Positions 43,871 to 62,004 are shown, counted from the first letter of the stretch. The stretch is 64,000 nt of DNA from the human T2T-CHM13v2.0 reference genome, Homo sapiens (GCF_009914755.1 NC_060925.1), one strand, 5' to 3'. Program-made: numbers and translations. The notes: generated from the letters alone by a model not told the origin.

Positions 43871-44310
43871 TGTGGAGTCCTAATTAGGGAAAAGGAGTCA
43901 GGCTGGCGGGACCAAGGGGAAGCAAGATGAGAAAGCAGATAAGCTGTAAATCTGCCTTTCTTCATGGTCCAGGACACAGCGCCCTCCTGCACAAATAACT
44001 CTCAATCTTCCCGTGCCCAACTATCACCAGACCCTCAGCTGATAGGAAAACACATGTTAGCTCACTGCAACCTTGGCATGTAAGTACTTCACAAAGCCCT
44101 CTTCAGCACATGGCACAAGCACCATCCTGTAAAATCCCAGCAAGCCTTTGTCTCATTGCAATCAACATCTCTCTTGCTGATCTGCACCCTTGCAACGTAT
44201 TTCCATATTTTCTCTAATAAATTTGCCTTTCTTTACCTACAATTGTCTTGGTAAATTCTTCTTACCCCCATGCCACTGACTAGGGGAGCCACCATGCAAC
44301 CCTCCACACA
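43871..44310 (+). mobile_element. ERV1 solo LTR (MER83-like)
   Basis: TG...CA ends, internal AATAAA near 44216, flanks tacc/cacc; family name from recall. Confidence 0.65.
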
Positions 44311-46419
44311 CACCTTCAGGGCAGAGTGCGTAATAGTACCCACTCCTGGAGTGGCCATGAAGACCGATGAAACCAAGCAGGTAGAAAAGAGCTCAGCACC
44401 AGGCCGATGGTGGGTGCTGCCCAACAGGCCATGACTCCCATCCTTATTCGTGACATGCCATCTGCCTCCTGTCCTGGCCTCTTGCAGCCAGTCCCCTGAG
44501 ACCAGATTTGCTCTAGAATTAATTGGTCGATGTTCTAAGAGATGAGTACCAAGGGCCAGAAGAAGCCACAGGACCAGGCTCAGACCAGAAACTTGTTGGA
44601 TAGAGGACTTGGACTCTCTTGATCTCTCCTCTGACAGGCTACAGTGAGTGGGTCCTGGGCCCTGCGAAGGGTGGGCATTGCCCAGGAGTCATTGGAAATA
44701 GGGGCTGAGCTCAAGACATCATGCCCCAAGTGCCAAGCATCGCCTCCCCCCATCTTTCACTGAGACAGACGGATGAAGCTTGCATCCCTGCAGCTTCTGC
44801 GGCCAGGCCTGCTCTGAATTCATCGTACAAGGAAATGGAATGTGAACCCCAGGCTATTTAAAGAGCCAGGGAGACTGGGGGCTCGGCGGGGGCCCAGCCA
44901 AGCCAGGGTGCCTCGGATCGGCACAGGTCTCCTCTGTGCACACGGTTTGATTTACAGGAGGGCTGCGAGCGACTCCAACTTCAGACAGAGAACTATTTGA
45001 AGCAGCTGCCAGATGTTGTGTCTGAATTGGGTTTTTACAACTTGCTTACTGGTTAGCAGCCTGCCTCCCGCCAGAGTTCAGCTTGCCCCGGCGGGTTCAG
45101 GGTCCTGGCACTGGCCCACAGGCCTTTGCTCGGCAGCCTGATCCCTCCTGCTCAGCCCGAGCCTATTCTGCCTCGAGTGCAGCGGAGCGGGGTGCCTGGT
45201 TTCCGAAGCATCCCACCTTCCTGAGGTGGTGATGGGGCCCTGATTTCAGTACATCCTTCAGGCACCCTAAGAATGCTCTGGAATGTTCTGTCTGAGCTCC
45301 CTACAGGACCCTCTGGGAGAGGCAGAAATTTCACAAACAGCTTTGCAATGAGGCACCCCTTGGAGCAGATCCTCCATAGCAGGACCGTCCCCAACCCCTT
45401 GAGCGTGGCCTGGGAGGTGTGGCACAGACTGGCAGGTTCTTCCATCCCGGTCCCTCCCACTCATTTCACTTTGGCTGATGCCAGCCTCTTTAATTGGACC
45501 ATGGAAGGTCACAGGGGACCAGGGCTGGGAACTCAGTCCCAGTTCAACTAGGGACTTCTGGAAGTATCCCAATCTTCTGGAAATCCCGGTGAACCAGGGA
45601 AGCTCCAGGCAGGCACCAGTGGAACCAACCTGTGGATGGAGGCCACTGTGTCCAGGCCAGACCCACCCTGTCAGGGTCGGTGGGATTTCTCCGAGAGAGA
45701 CTATAGGGGTTCACTTGGAGTTGGAGGGTGTTTCTCAGCCCCTCCTCACTCTGGGGAGGCCTGTGGCGAGAGGCACATGACTCAGTGTTCACTTCCTGAG
45801 GCCACTTGGAATGGACGTCTTAGAAGATTTGCTCGGGAGCAAAGCGGGTAACCAGGGAAGGGGGTGGGGCGGGAGGTGGGGCGGGCAAGGCCCAGGAGGG
45901 AGGAGGTTGTGTCATTAATCTTGTTGCATGTGAAAGCACACTTGTGTCGGTCCAGGAATCCCGAACTCGCCAAAGTGGACAGAGTGTTCAGTCCCCTCCC
46001 GAAAGCGCCAGAAATGTTTTGTCCACTAGGAAGGAAAACATCCTCTGCTTATGTGCTCGAATTTGGCTCTCCCTCGCAGGAGACACCTCAGAGGGCCCCG
46101 ATCTGAGCAGCGAGCCAGTGGCTGCAGGACGGGGTGTAGGGGGCGTGCACCCTGCCTCCCTTTGGGGCCAAAGAAGACCCCTCCAGCCTGTGTTTTTGGC
46201 AGCCCTAAGGAACTCTTTCTGCACTACCCAGCCCCAGCCCCGGCTCCCTTTTTTTGCTTCTGAATCCTTCTGAGAATCAGAAAGAGAGGAGATCATGAGC
46301 AGGACGCCCTCTCCGAAGAGCCCAGAAATGGTGGTGGAACTTAGCAAGCTCCCAGGCTGGCCTGCTGCAGGGGTGAAGGCTGCAGGAGTGCACAGAAATG
46401 CAGGCCAGGGCCCAGGTGA

Positions 46420-46909
<490 letters not shown>

Positions 46910-47378
46910 CCAAGGTCTTAATCTAATAAAATTTGTTTATGGGAAAGAGGGAAAGATAAGCATCCCGAGGCACGTCTATGCCTTCTGGAGAGACCCCTCC
47001 TTGTGGCCCAGCAGCTTCTCCTCCTGGGTCTCCTGCAGCCGTCCCTGGACGCTGGGGGCCCTTCTGAGCAACCCCACCCCCAGCTTGCTGGAAGGATGAG
47101 CTGGGGATGCCGTTTCCCCCGAGGGAAGCCCCCAGGCCGAGGCAGAAGCCCAGCCCAGACACCGCTTTGGAGGACAGACCTTGAGGATGTCCTGGCCACT
47201 TACGAGCCAGCAAGCGCCTTTCCCTTTCGGGGCCTAGCCCCCAAGTCTGAGAGGTCCTGTCAGGGTGGGGCATACAGGTGCTGCTGCAGACCCACAGTCT
47301 CCATCGTCCCATTTGGCAAACATATCATGACCCTTTTTTCTGTGCCAGATACATGTGGACATCAAGATTCAGACTCAG

Positions 47379-47836
<458 letters not shown>

Positions 47837-48255
47837 CTAGCAAGGTTTTGAAGGATGAGTAGGAGTTTGCCAGGGGAGGAAAGTGAGCTGATTTGTTTAG
47901 GTTCCTCTGTAAAGTGGGGACCTTGCTGGATGGCTTTTTGTAAAGTACTGAGAACAGGGCCTGGCACATGGTGCCATTTAAGATGATGATAGCAGTAATA
48001 ACACACTATCTAAGCCCACAGCCTCTCTGCCTCCTATGGGCAGCACCTTGAAGGTGCCTGAAACCCAGAACTTCAGATCTCCAGGGTCATTTATTCTGTT
48101 TAAGTTCAGAGGTTCTTCTGCCTCCAGGCAGCTCCTGGTCTGGGCCCTGACTCTGAATTCCCACTGGGTGCTCCAGTTGTGAAACCCACTAGCAGTCTAT
48201 ATCCCAAGTGTTTTCCCTGGAGAGGCCAGCCCCAGCTGCTCACAGGAAGAACCTG

Positions 48256-48756
<501 letters not shown>

Positions 48757-48792
48757 TTAAAATAAATAAATAAATAAAATTTAAAAAGAAGA

Positions 48793-49052
48793 AGCCAGGC
48801 ATATTGGCTCACACCTGTAATCCCAGCATTTTGGGAGACCAAGGCAAGTCGAGACCAGCCTGGCCAACAACATAGTGAAACCCCGTCTCTACTAAAATAC
48901 GAAAATTAGCTGGGCATAGTGGCGGGTGCCTATAATCCCAGCTACTCGGAAGGCTGAGGTAGACGAATCGCTTGAACCCGGGAGGCAGAAGTTGCCGTGA
49001 GTGGAGATTGCGCCACTGCACTCCAGCCTGGGCGACATGGCAAAACTACATC
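48793..49052 (+). mobile_element. AluS with left-arm deletion
   Basis: gagaccaaggcaagtcgagaccagcc lacks the GGATCACCTGAGGTCAGG segment. Confidence 0.9.
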
Positions 49053-49064
49053 GAAGAACAAGAA

Positions 49065-49099
<35 letters not shown>

Positions 49100-49263
49100 A
49101 GAGGAAGAGGAAGAGGAAGAGGAAGAGGAGGAGGAGGAGGAGGAGGAGGAGGAGGAAGAGGAGGAAGAGGAGGAAGAGGAGGAAGAGGAGGAGGAGGAGG
49201 AGGAGGGAAGAAGAAGAAGAAGAAGAAGAAAAGAAGAAGAAGAAGAACAACAACAACAACAAC
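49053..49263. repeat. Compound (GAA)/(GAG)/(GAA)/(CAA) trinucleotide repeat
   Basis: Pure purine run 49060-49247, then (CAA)n. Confidence 0.95.
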
Positions 49264-49789
49264 GCGGGCCTCTCTGGGTGGCTCCCTTTGGTTTTTCATT
49301 TTTCTGGGAGTAGCCACAGTGGCTGCTTGGAGCCCACTCAATGCCATGTGGGGCGGCTAGCCCCAGAGTGTCCTGGATCCCAGACCTTGTGTGTGCCTGG
49401 AGATGAGCCCCTCAGGCACTCTGAGTGTGCGGTGGGCCAGCCTGGAGATGCTGTACAATGGAGCATTGGCAGTGGATGGGAGCAGGACTCAGCACCTCCC
49501 AGGCTCCCGAACGGCCAAGAGCAAACCCAGACTGCCATCCTCCTGAATTCATTTCCTGGGAAGGATCCCAGGAGGAGCTGGAGTTTGCTCCTCCCAAGAG
49601 TAGTAAGTTCAGAAAAAGAGATCCAGGTAGAAGACCTAGGACACGGGTAGAAGACAGGGCTATAGTTCCGCCACTCATCTGTGGGCCTAGGAAAATGACC
49701 GCACCTCTCTGAGCCTCCGAACCTGCCCTCCCAAACAGGCATGATTATAATATTCACATCTTGCCAATGACATAATTCTGAGAACTCAC

Positions 49790-49975
49790 CCTGTCTAGCA
49801 AAAGCACTTTGCATGCATTAATGCATGTAATCCCCTACCAGCTCTCTGTGGCAGGTGCTGCTGTGACCCCACAGGCTCAGAAAGGTTCATTCGCTTGCTC
49901 AAGGTCACACAGATGGAACTGAAAACCAGGCTTCACTGGCATCAAACCCTGAGGTCTTGACCCTATGCTACGCCA
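49790..49975 (-). mobile_element. MIR fragment
   Basis: aggctcagaaaggttcattcgcttgctcaaggtcacacag. Confidence 0.6.
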
Positions 49976-50218
49976 CCTTCCTCAGCAGATCCCAGGCAGC
50001 TTGCAGGCAGTCAAGGGCTTCCTGAGACCCAGAAGTCTTGCTCTTATTCCTTCAGCACTCACTCACCCTTGCTCTGTGCAGGACAGTGTATTGGGTTCTG
50101 AATGTGGCCCCTAGAGACAGAGTGAACTCTGCCCTGGGGCTTTCCTGCCACAGGAATGGGAGGGGTGGTGCTGTGTCCTCTGGTCCCTTGCTTGATCCCG
50201 GCACATAGTAGGCGTTCA

Positions 50219-50930
<712 letters not shown>

Positions 50931-52360
50931 CCCTGGTCTTTGCCAAAGATGAAGACTAAGGAGGCCCAGGCCAAGGGAGGAGGCCAGGGGGCAGGTTAGG
51001 ATGGAGGACTCCACACTGAAAGCCAGGGCCGCCTTCCGGGCGATGCAGAATGAACTGGCACCTCCAGCCAGGGCCAGGGTGAGGATGGGGACGGGACATG
51101 CACCAGGTATCCAGAAGGACCACATTCCTCTCTCCCTTGGCGCAAAGGAGAGGCTGTCTTTGAGTGCTGGGCTCGCCATGCCTGCAGAGTTCACCCAGCA
51201 TGGGCTCTGCTGCTGGCCTGTCTTCTTGTTCTCAGGAGAAGCCAGGACAGGACTCAGGCGTTCAGACCGCAGCCGGCGCTCCCTGGACACTAGGCACACT
51301 CCACCCCAGGCAAGCCTCGGGACCTTGCAGGGGAGCTGCTGCTGTACCTGTTTCTCAGAAGCAGAAACAGAGGCTCAGAGGGGCACCGTGACTTTCTGCT
51401 AAAGGACAGAGCTGCAGCCCAGCGCTCCCCTTCTGCTGTGCTGGTTCCCGGGGGGAGCGCTGTCTCCCGACCAGACCTGGGTCCCTCTTCGTGCTGCCCA
51501 GGCAGTGTCCGCACAGAAGCCTTCACTGCAGCTGCTTGGCCCCTTGGGAAGGGCTAGGTCAAGGCCATCCTTGCTGCCTTCTCTTCCTTTTCTTTCCCAG
51601 GAATTGACTTTTCTGTTTGGAGCTGAGAAACGGGTCCCTTGAGGATGCCAGAAGCAAGGGGATCTTCCCAGCCGACCTCCTCCTCTTGCGTTGCTCATGC
51701 AGGCATTGAACAGTTTCGCTCGTTCCCCATGGGTCACCCTCGGAGGCAGGCTCTGAAGGTAGGAGGCAGCGCGATGGAGGGAAAGGCAGGGTCACACTGG
51801 CTGGCATCAGTGATGCCCTTGTGTGTGCTGGCACTGCCTAACCTCCTTTAGCCCCTCATCCCTGCAGTCCTCACCCTGAGACAGAGAGTCTGTGCTTATC
51901 TCCACTTTACAGATGAAGACACCGGGACTCAGGGCAGCTAAATGCACACTGAGGCCACAGGTCAAGCCCAAGTCCATTGGGCTCCCACGCATGCTGTGCT
52001 CAGCCCCACAGTCCCCGCCTCCCGGGAATTCCAGGAAAGGGAGGGAGACATAGAGTGGCCACAGCCCATGGGCTTCCAGGACCCCGGCCTGGGGTGCCAG
52101 CTGCCAGGGCTTCCCCGAGGGGGGACTCTGGGATGGATTTCCCAGGAGGGACCTGCGGGGACCTTGTGCAGAGCAGATGGCGCGGGTGTTCAAGGAGGGG
52201 AAGATGGGCCCTGGGGAGGGAGGAAAGCCACCTCCAGGCTCGGGGCTGCAGACCAGAGGGGTGGGAACTGGCAAGGGGAAGGCTGACAGCAAGGAAGCCT
52301 GGGCCCAGGGGTCCCCCCTTCTCTCACAGGCATCGGGCAGCTCTTTCACTAAGAGAGTGT

Positions 52361-52715
52361 AGCCTAGGCAACATGGGGAGACCCTGTCTCTACAAAAAAA
52401 CGAAAAATCAGGCTGGGCGCAGTGGCTCACACCTGTAATCCCAGCACTTTGGGAGGCCGAGGCAGGAGGATCGCTTGAGCCGAGGGGTTCAAGACCAGCC
52501 TGAGCAACATAGTGAAACCCCATCTCTACTAAAAATACAAAAATTAGGTGGGCATGGTGGTGCATGCCTGTAGTCCCAGCTACTTGAGAAGCTGAGGCTC
52601 ACTTGAGCCTGGGAGGCAGAGGTTGCAGTGAGCCAAGATTGTGCCACTCCACTCCAGCCTGAGCGACAGAGTGAGGCTTTGTCTCCAAAACAATAAAGCT
52701 AAAAGAAAAAAAAAG
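52361..52715 (+). mobile_element. Alu left-arm remnant plus AluJ/S dimer
   Basis: Remnant 52361-52410 followed by dimer from 52411. Confidence 0.9.
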
Positions 52716-52778
52716 AACTAAAAGAGTGACGCCCAGATTTGGGCATCTCCAGTATTTCTCACTGGGACTCCCCCGCCC

Positions 52779-52950
52779 TTTTTTTTTTTTTTTTTTTGAG
52801 ACAGGGTCTCACTCTGTCTCCAGGCTGGAGTGCAGTGGTACAACTGTGGCTCACTGCAGCCTTTCAGCCTCTGCCTCCCAGGCTCAAGCAATCCTCCCGC
52901 TCAGCCTCCCAAAGGGCTGGGGTCACAGGTGTGAGCCACCACACCAAGCC
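52779..52950 (-). mobile_element. Alu monomer with left-arm start and right-arm end
   Basis: Read on the minus strand it begins ...ctcacacctg...ctttgggagg and ends gctgcagtgagcc...gagaccctgtctc. Confidence 0.85.
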
Positions 52951-53337
52951 AGTCTGTGTTTTCATGTCCCTCTTCCCCATGTCTGTCTGGAAGCCTCTGC
53001 CTGGCACCTTGTAAGTAAGCACTCATTACACATTTGTAGATTGATTGGGCCAAAAAATGAGCAAGTGGATGGATAAGTGAACAAAGTGGTAAGTTGACTA
53101 GGACACGGGACTCCTCGATCAATCCCCAGGGTCCAGCTCCCCCATGGAGCCCAGATAACTGGGGTAGCCAGCAATGGCCCCCGTGCCAAGGGCAGAAAGC
53201 CAGGGAGAGGGTGGCAGCTGCTTGTCCTGGCTTCCAGGCCAGGGGAGACGGAGCTTCCCATCGAGTCTAAGCAGTTCTGGATGGTCTGTCCCAGGCAAGG
53301 TGGCCCCTCCATCCCACCCTCCTCCTCCTCTCCCATG

Positions 53338-53491
53338 CCAAGCAGATCTGCGATGGGGAGGGGCCATCCCGCCAGTCCCCAGCTCAGGACAGGGCTCTTC
53401 AGATGGAGGGGTGCCTTCAGGCCTTCACGGAAGGGGCTATACACACCGGAGGCTTCTCTCCTTCCCCTCGCTCTCTCCCCTTACACCAACA
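53338..53491 (+). repeat. Copy 1 of a 154-bp dispersed direct repeat
   Basis: Ungapped match to 55966-56119, 11 mismatches by hand. Confidence 0.92.
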
Positions 53492-53510
53492 ATGTCTCTG
53501 CTGAGGGGGC

Positions 53511-53555
53511 ACCAGCAGGACTGTGACCAGCAGGACTGTGACCAGCAGGACTGTG
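53511..53555. repeat. 15-bp minisatellite x3 (accagcaggactgtg)
   Basis: Three perfect copies. Confidence 0.95.
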
Positions 53556-53701
53556 ATGGCTTTCCCAGGGCCACATCTCTCCTTGTTTTCTCTGAAAACA
53601 TTCCCGTGTCCAAAACGAATGAGGACAATTGACCTAGCCAATGTTACCTTGGTCTTCCTGGCCCAGTGTCGGTTCCCAGCTTATTTTTACGAGCTGTTTA
53701 A

Positions 53702-54425
<724 letters not shown>

Positions 54426-55614
54426 TTGGGGCTTTAACTTTGAACTCCAAAGTCAGGGCGTTACCCACTGTTCCTGGGCCCCGCCTGCCCTGGGATAGGC
54501 TGCAGGACCCAGACCCGGGACTGCCTGGGATTACACCCAAGACAAAAGGTGCTCAGCCCAAGAAATGAAGGCTCACAGTGGAGATTTTCAGTTGCTCGCC
54601 CCTCCTCTCATGGTCCTCGCTCCCTCCATTGCTCATTCACTGACTGTTCCTTTATTTGCTCCTTGAACGCTGAATGCCTGCCCTTGAGGAGCTGGATAGG
54701 GTGGGCTCAGGTCTCAGGGCAGTAGACAGGCGGAGGGAGTGGGGTGTCCCCTGAGCTCAGTGGCCACAGTGCTGCTACACACGTTATGTGGGTGTGCCAG
54801 GGAGTGCAGGGTGTGCTGGCATCTCCCTGTGTGTCCAGGCCAGTGTGGAGCTTCCTGCTCCAGGCCCCAGGCACAGGCCCAAGTCTCCACACTCACCCAC
54901 ATGCTCTCAATCGATTAGTTTACATCTACACCGAGAATGGCGCCCTGGTGGGTGAGATACCCTCGTGCAGTACACAACCTGAATACCTGTTCAAGGCAGC
55001 CCCGCACCACCTTCCCTCCCTTCCCCATTCGGATGGAGTCTCGTGAACAAAAGTCCTGGCTGCTCTTTGGGTCAGTAGAGTCTTCATTTCGGCCTCTCAT
55101 ATGGGTGCGGGGAGCCACAGGGGACAGTGGGTGAGCAGAAGAAGGAGATTTACACACAACGAAGAGGATTCTGTAAGATGGAACCGGCTGAAGGTGGGGA
55201 ATAGGGCCGTGGGGTGGATATGACTCAGCACACCGTATGTGCCCTACAGATGGGGTGGAGCTTCTGGTTTCATTACGACTGACCAGGGGACCAGGTCCCT
55301 GCCATGCAGGCCTCTAATCCAGTGCTCCGGCCCATCCTGGAAGGGAGGCTTCCCGAGTGGGACCTGGTAACACCACGCTGACTCCCTGATCCACAGCCCT
55401 GAGGCTCTCCAAACCCTGCCCCCCATGTCACAGAGAGCAGGGCCCTTGAGGGCCAAGCCAGAGGAAAACGGGGGCCACGGGCTGACCCTCGGAGGGCCAA
55501 CGCCAGCACAGCACATCCCGAGAAGCCCCTGAGCCCCTCCCCCGCTCAACAACAGCCAGGAAGACGCAGGCGTCCTTCTGTCGGGATCTCTGCTGACCTT
55601 CTTTATCTAAATGG

Positions 55615-55914
<300 letters not shown>

Positions 55915-55965
55915 TAAATGGAATCTTTAGATCCGAATACTCGGTAAGGAATTCCCAAAATCACA

Positions 55966-56119
55966 CCAAGCAGATCTGCAATGGGGAGGGGCCGTCCCGC
56001 CAGTCCCCAGCTCAGGACAGGGCTCTTCAGATGGAGGGGTGCCTGCAGGCCTTCATGAAAGGTGCTATCCACACTGGAGGCTTTTCTCCTTCCCTTCACT
56101 CTCTCCCCTTACACCAACA
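55966..56119 (+). repeat. Copy 2 of the 154-bp dispersed direct repeat
   Basis: See 53338-53491. Confidence 0.92.
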
Positions 56120-56660
56120 GTGCACAAAGCAAGAAGAAAATGCCTCTCTGCCCAAGTATTCAATAGTACTGATGTTAGAAGAGGAGCGAGTGAAAGCCTC
56201 CTGTGGCCCCAGCTTCTACCCACGTCGTGACACAGAGACTGATCACCAGGCCAGGTGTCCCCTCACCTGTGGGGGCCGTGGAACCAGCTTTGCTGCGCCC
56301 CCAGCTTCCTGCCCCACCAAATGTCTCCCCGTCCCAGCTGCGAGGAGGGGAGTCGGAGAAAATACTGGGAGATGCAAGTGGGTTACGAAACAAGGAAGGG
56401 CGAAGAAAAGAAGGGAAGACCAGCCGTTCATCCCTCCTCCCCAGGGACAGGAATGGAGGGAAGAATGGGGGTGAAGATGGCCCCTCTAGAAAGGACCAGG
56501 ACCAGGGCAGGACCAAACCGGCAGGTCTCTTGACTTGTTGCCAACCCTCCCTTCCCCAACACACGGGAAGAGCTAAAACAGAAGCAGAAGGGAAGAATGA
56601 AGAAGAGACCAGAGCATTTCAATACACAGGCCTGAGCATTTTACATTTGAAAATGATGGG

Positions 56661-56970
56661 GGCCGGGCGCAGTGGCTCACGCCTGTAATCCCAGAACTCT
56701 GGGAGGCCGAGGCCAGTGGATCACTTAAGGTCAAGGGTTCGAGACCAGCCTGGCCAACATGGGGAAACCCCGTCTCTACTAAAAATACAAAAAAAAATTA
56801 GCCGGGCATGGTGGCACACACCTGTAATCCCAGTTACTTGGGAGGGCTGAGGCACAAGAATCGCTTGAACCCAAGAGACAGAGGTTACAGTGAGCCGAGA
56901 TTGCACCACTGCACTCCAGCCTGGGTGACAAAGTGAGACTCTGTCTCAAAAAAAAAAAAGAAAAGAAAAT
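56661..56970 (+). mobile_element. AluS with TSD gaaaatgat
   Basis: Full dimer. Confidence 0.94.
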
Positions 56971-57119
56971 GAAAATGATAGGAAAATCTGTGAGTCAAAG
57001 AACAGGGAGAGTAGTTTGACCTTGCACAGCTGGCAGGCAGGGACTGGAGGAAAAATCAAAAGACTCCAGGCTATTCCATAAACCAGCTCCGAAAGCCCCA
57101 CGCAAAGCCCCCCAGAACA

Positions 57120-57300
57120 CTCCACCTCATTTAATGCTGACAGCACTCCTACGAGGTTGCAGTTCTGTCCTCTTTTTTATAGAGGGGGAAACTGAGGCAC
57201 AAAAGGGGAAAGGTTTGACCAAAGCGTGACTCACAGCTGTCAGGAGGCAGGGCCAGGGTTCAGACAGAGACTGTTCTGACTCCGAGCCATGCCTTGTCCC
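57120..57300 (-). mobile_element. MIR
   Basis: ttttatagagggggaaactgaggcacaaaagg. Confidence 0.65.
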
Positions 57301-58003
57301 CTCAGCCTCTCTGTGCCCCGCACTGCCTGGCACTGTGTTAGCTCAAGACGTATTTATTCAATGCACGATCTGGAATAAACAAAGCCCTCCCAGCTCGCAC
57401 ATCAGCCACTCAAACAAGCATTTGTTGAGGATGTTGAGGGTGACAAAGGCAGCATTTGGCCAGCCGCTCTGACTTCCTGGGCCTCCAGGCCGGCCAGGCA
57501 CAAGCTGATCTGAGAGGAGACAAAAGGGAGACGTCCACAGACAGGATAAGTGTCGAGTGCCCCACTCTGCTGCACCCCTGGGGAAGCTCAGAGGCTGGGG
57601 TTTTAGATTTGGGCGTGGCACTTGCTGAATATCTCCTAAGGCCTGGGTAATCTGCTAACATCCGAAGTCCCACTAGAGCCTCTCAAAAAAGGGGAGCAAG
57701 TCCCCTTTTTACAGCAGGAGAAGCTGAGGCCCAGAGGGTTCAAGGGCGGTCCAGGGTCACATAGCCTGATTATGGTAGGCAGGGTTCCTCCAGAGCCTCC
57801 GTGGGGAGCATCTGGGGCCACAGTGCCTGAAGCTGGAAGGGCACACTTTGAAGCAGCAGCTTGGCCAGCCGGGGTGGAGCTGAGTCATCTGTCCCTGGGG
57901 AAGATTTATGGTGCTGAAGTCTTTGGGACCAGGTCGGGGGTGAGGACTAAATTCTGACCTTTTTTCTCTCTTGCCCAAATTCCTACCTAAGGGGCCTAGG
58001 GAG

Positions 58004-58874
<871 letters not shown>

Positions 58875-59007
58875 GAAGTCACACCCTAGAAACCGTAGAA
58901 TCTCATCAGATGGGTTTTAGTTCACCTGATCTAATGTGGCTCACTTTTCAACCTGACTCCAACGTAACATCGCATGACAGATAAAGAAACAGATAAAGAA
59001 GGAAATC

Positions 59008-59272
59008 CGTCAAGCGTGATGACTCATGTCTGTAATCTCAGCACTTTGGGAGGCTGAGGCAAGAGGATCGCTTGAGCCCAGGAGTTCAAGACCAACCTGG
59101 GCAACATGGTGAAACCCTGTCTCTATAAAAAAAAATAAAATAAATAGCCAACATGGTGGTCCCAGCATGTCTGTAGTCCCAGCTACTCGGGGAGGCTGAG
59201 GTAGGAGGATGGCTTGAGCCTGGGAGGTGGAGGCTGCAGTGAGCCCTAATCACCCACTGCCCTCCAGCCTGA
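59008..59272 (+). mobile_element. AluJ-like inside the outer LTR
   Basis: ggatcgcttgagcccaggagttcaag; lacks an A-tail. Confidence 0.85.
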
Positions 59273-59953
59273 GTGGGGAAATTTGCATCTGTAAAGAATC
59301 TCTATTAACATAACTAAGTTTTTACCTCCTTCTAGGCCCTCCCAATCCTGAAGAGATTAACTGAGAGTCTTGCACATTTTAAGGATCTGAGTAGGAAACA
59401 CTTGCCATCTACTGTCTCTAAGGGCACTCACCCAGGAGACTTTATTAGAAGCTTGGTCTCCACAACCCCTTACCTTGACCCAGACACTCCTTTCTACTGA
59501 TTCCAGGTTTTTCGATAATATAACTCTTTCAACCAATTGCCAAGCAGAAAATCTTTGAATTCACCTGTGACCTGTAAGCCACGCCCCCACTGCCCCACAC
59601 TCCCACCCTCCAAGTTGTCCACCTTCCTGGACTGAACCAATGCATACCTCACGTGTGTTGCTGATGCCTCTTATGTCTCCCTAAAACACAGAAAACCAAG
59701 CTGCAATCCAAACACCTTGGGCACAGGTTCTCAGGACCTCCTGGGCTATGTCCTGGTCTTGGTCCTCACATTTGGCTCAGGACAAATCTCTTCAAATATT
59801 TTACAGAGTTTGGCTTTTTCAGCAGGGGGACAATTCCCATGTGGTAGGCTGTGTCTTCTCCATCCAACACAAAACATCCAGGTGCTTGCCTGTCCCTCCC
59901 CAAGCAGCTTCTGACTGTCCCCTTACCCCTCCTCAGCATGGGAGGACCCCTGC

Positions 59954-60935
<982 letters not shown>

Positions 60936-62004
60936 CTGCGACATGGAAGAAGAAGCCCCACTCCCACGTCCACTCTCTCCCTTCCCCTCAGTTGACCAAT
61001 TACTCTGTCTGCCTTCCCTGGCACACTAGAGCTTTGGAGCCCAGGCTGCACCTGTTCTTCCCAGAAGTCTCGGAGGTACCCTGATGGTCCTCTGGGAAAC
61101 CACCTTTCAGGCGTGTGACCCAGTCCACCAGTGTCTTCCCTGAGACCTTCACAGGCACCGTGGGGAAAGCAACTCTCTTTCTGCTGAGACTCTGGATCTG
61201 GTAGGATGAGGGTCTGGAGACACCGGGAGGCATCATAGCCCCACTGCTGCAAAAGGAACCAGCTCCTGGGGGAGACAGGGCATTGAGACAGGGGATGCGC
61301 CTATTCCAGGCCGGCATGTGCACACCTGAATCCAGAGATGCCTCAGGCCAGGCCACCCCCAGGACCTTGAGGCACAGGAGCCGATACATTCTCTCTTTTG
61401 CTGAAGCGAGTTAAAGCTGGGTCTCTCTCACCTGCAGCAACCAAGCAGTCAGACCCCCCTCCTCCTGAAGGACCCGAAGGACCCCTCCCAGAGGCAGAAC
61501 TGGCTTTCCTGGGACCCTGAGAGAGGGAGGATGTTGCCCATGGCATTGAAGCCCCGTGGCCAAGAGCACAAGTCTTGAGGCCACCTGTGGCCCCATCTCA
61601 GCTGCAAGGCCTCGGGCAAGCACCTTGGCCTCCTGGGGCCTCTGTCCCTTCCTTTCGAGTGGGAATGACAGTAATTGTGAGGATGGAAGGAGATGGAGTC
61701 GGTGCTCCATGCCGGTCACTGTACCCATCAGTGTCCCAACAGGAAATGACAGCACCTTCGGGATAATTCTAGGAGGGCTTATTTATAAGATGGGGCCCTA
61801 GGGGAGCCCCAAAAGAGAAGTGGCACATGAAGGAACCTAGGGCTGGCGATGGCAGCACTGTCTCCACTCCTAGGCCCAAAAGAACGATGGTGGGGAGCAA
61901 TTACCCAAACCAGAATGCAAGCCGGGCACAGCAGGACACCCTCAGGGGAGCAGTGCCCTTCAGTCAAGGGACACGGCAAGGCCAAGGGGCCCTTGCATCA
62001 GGTT

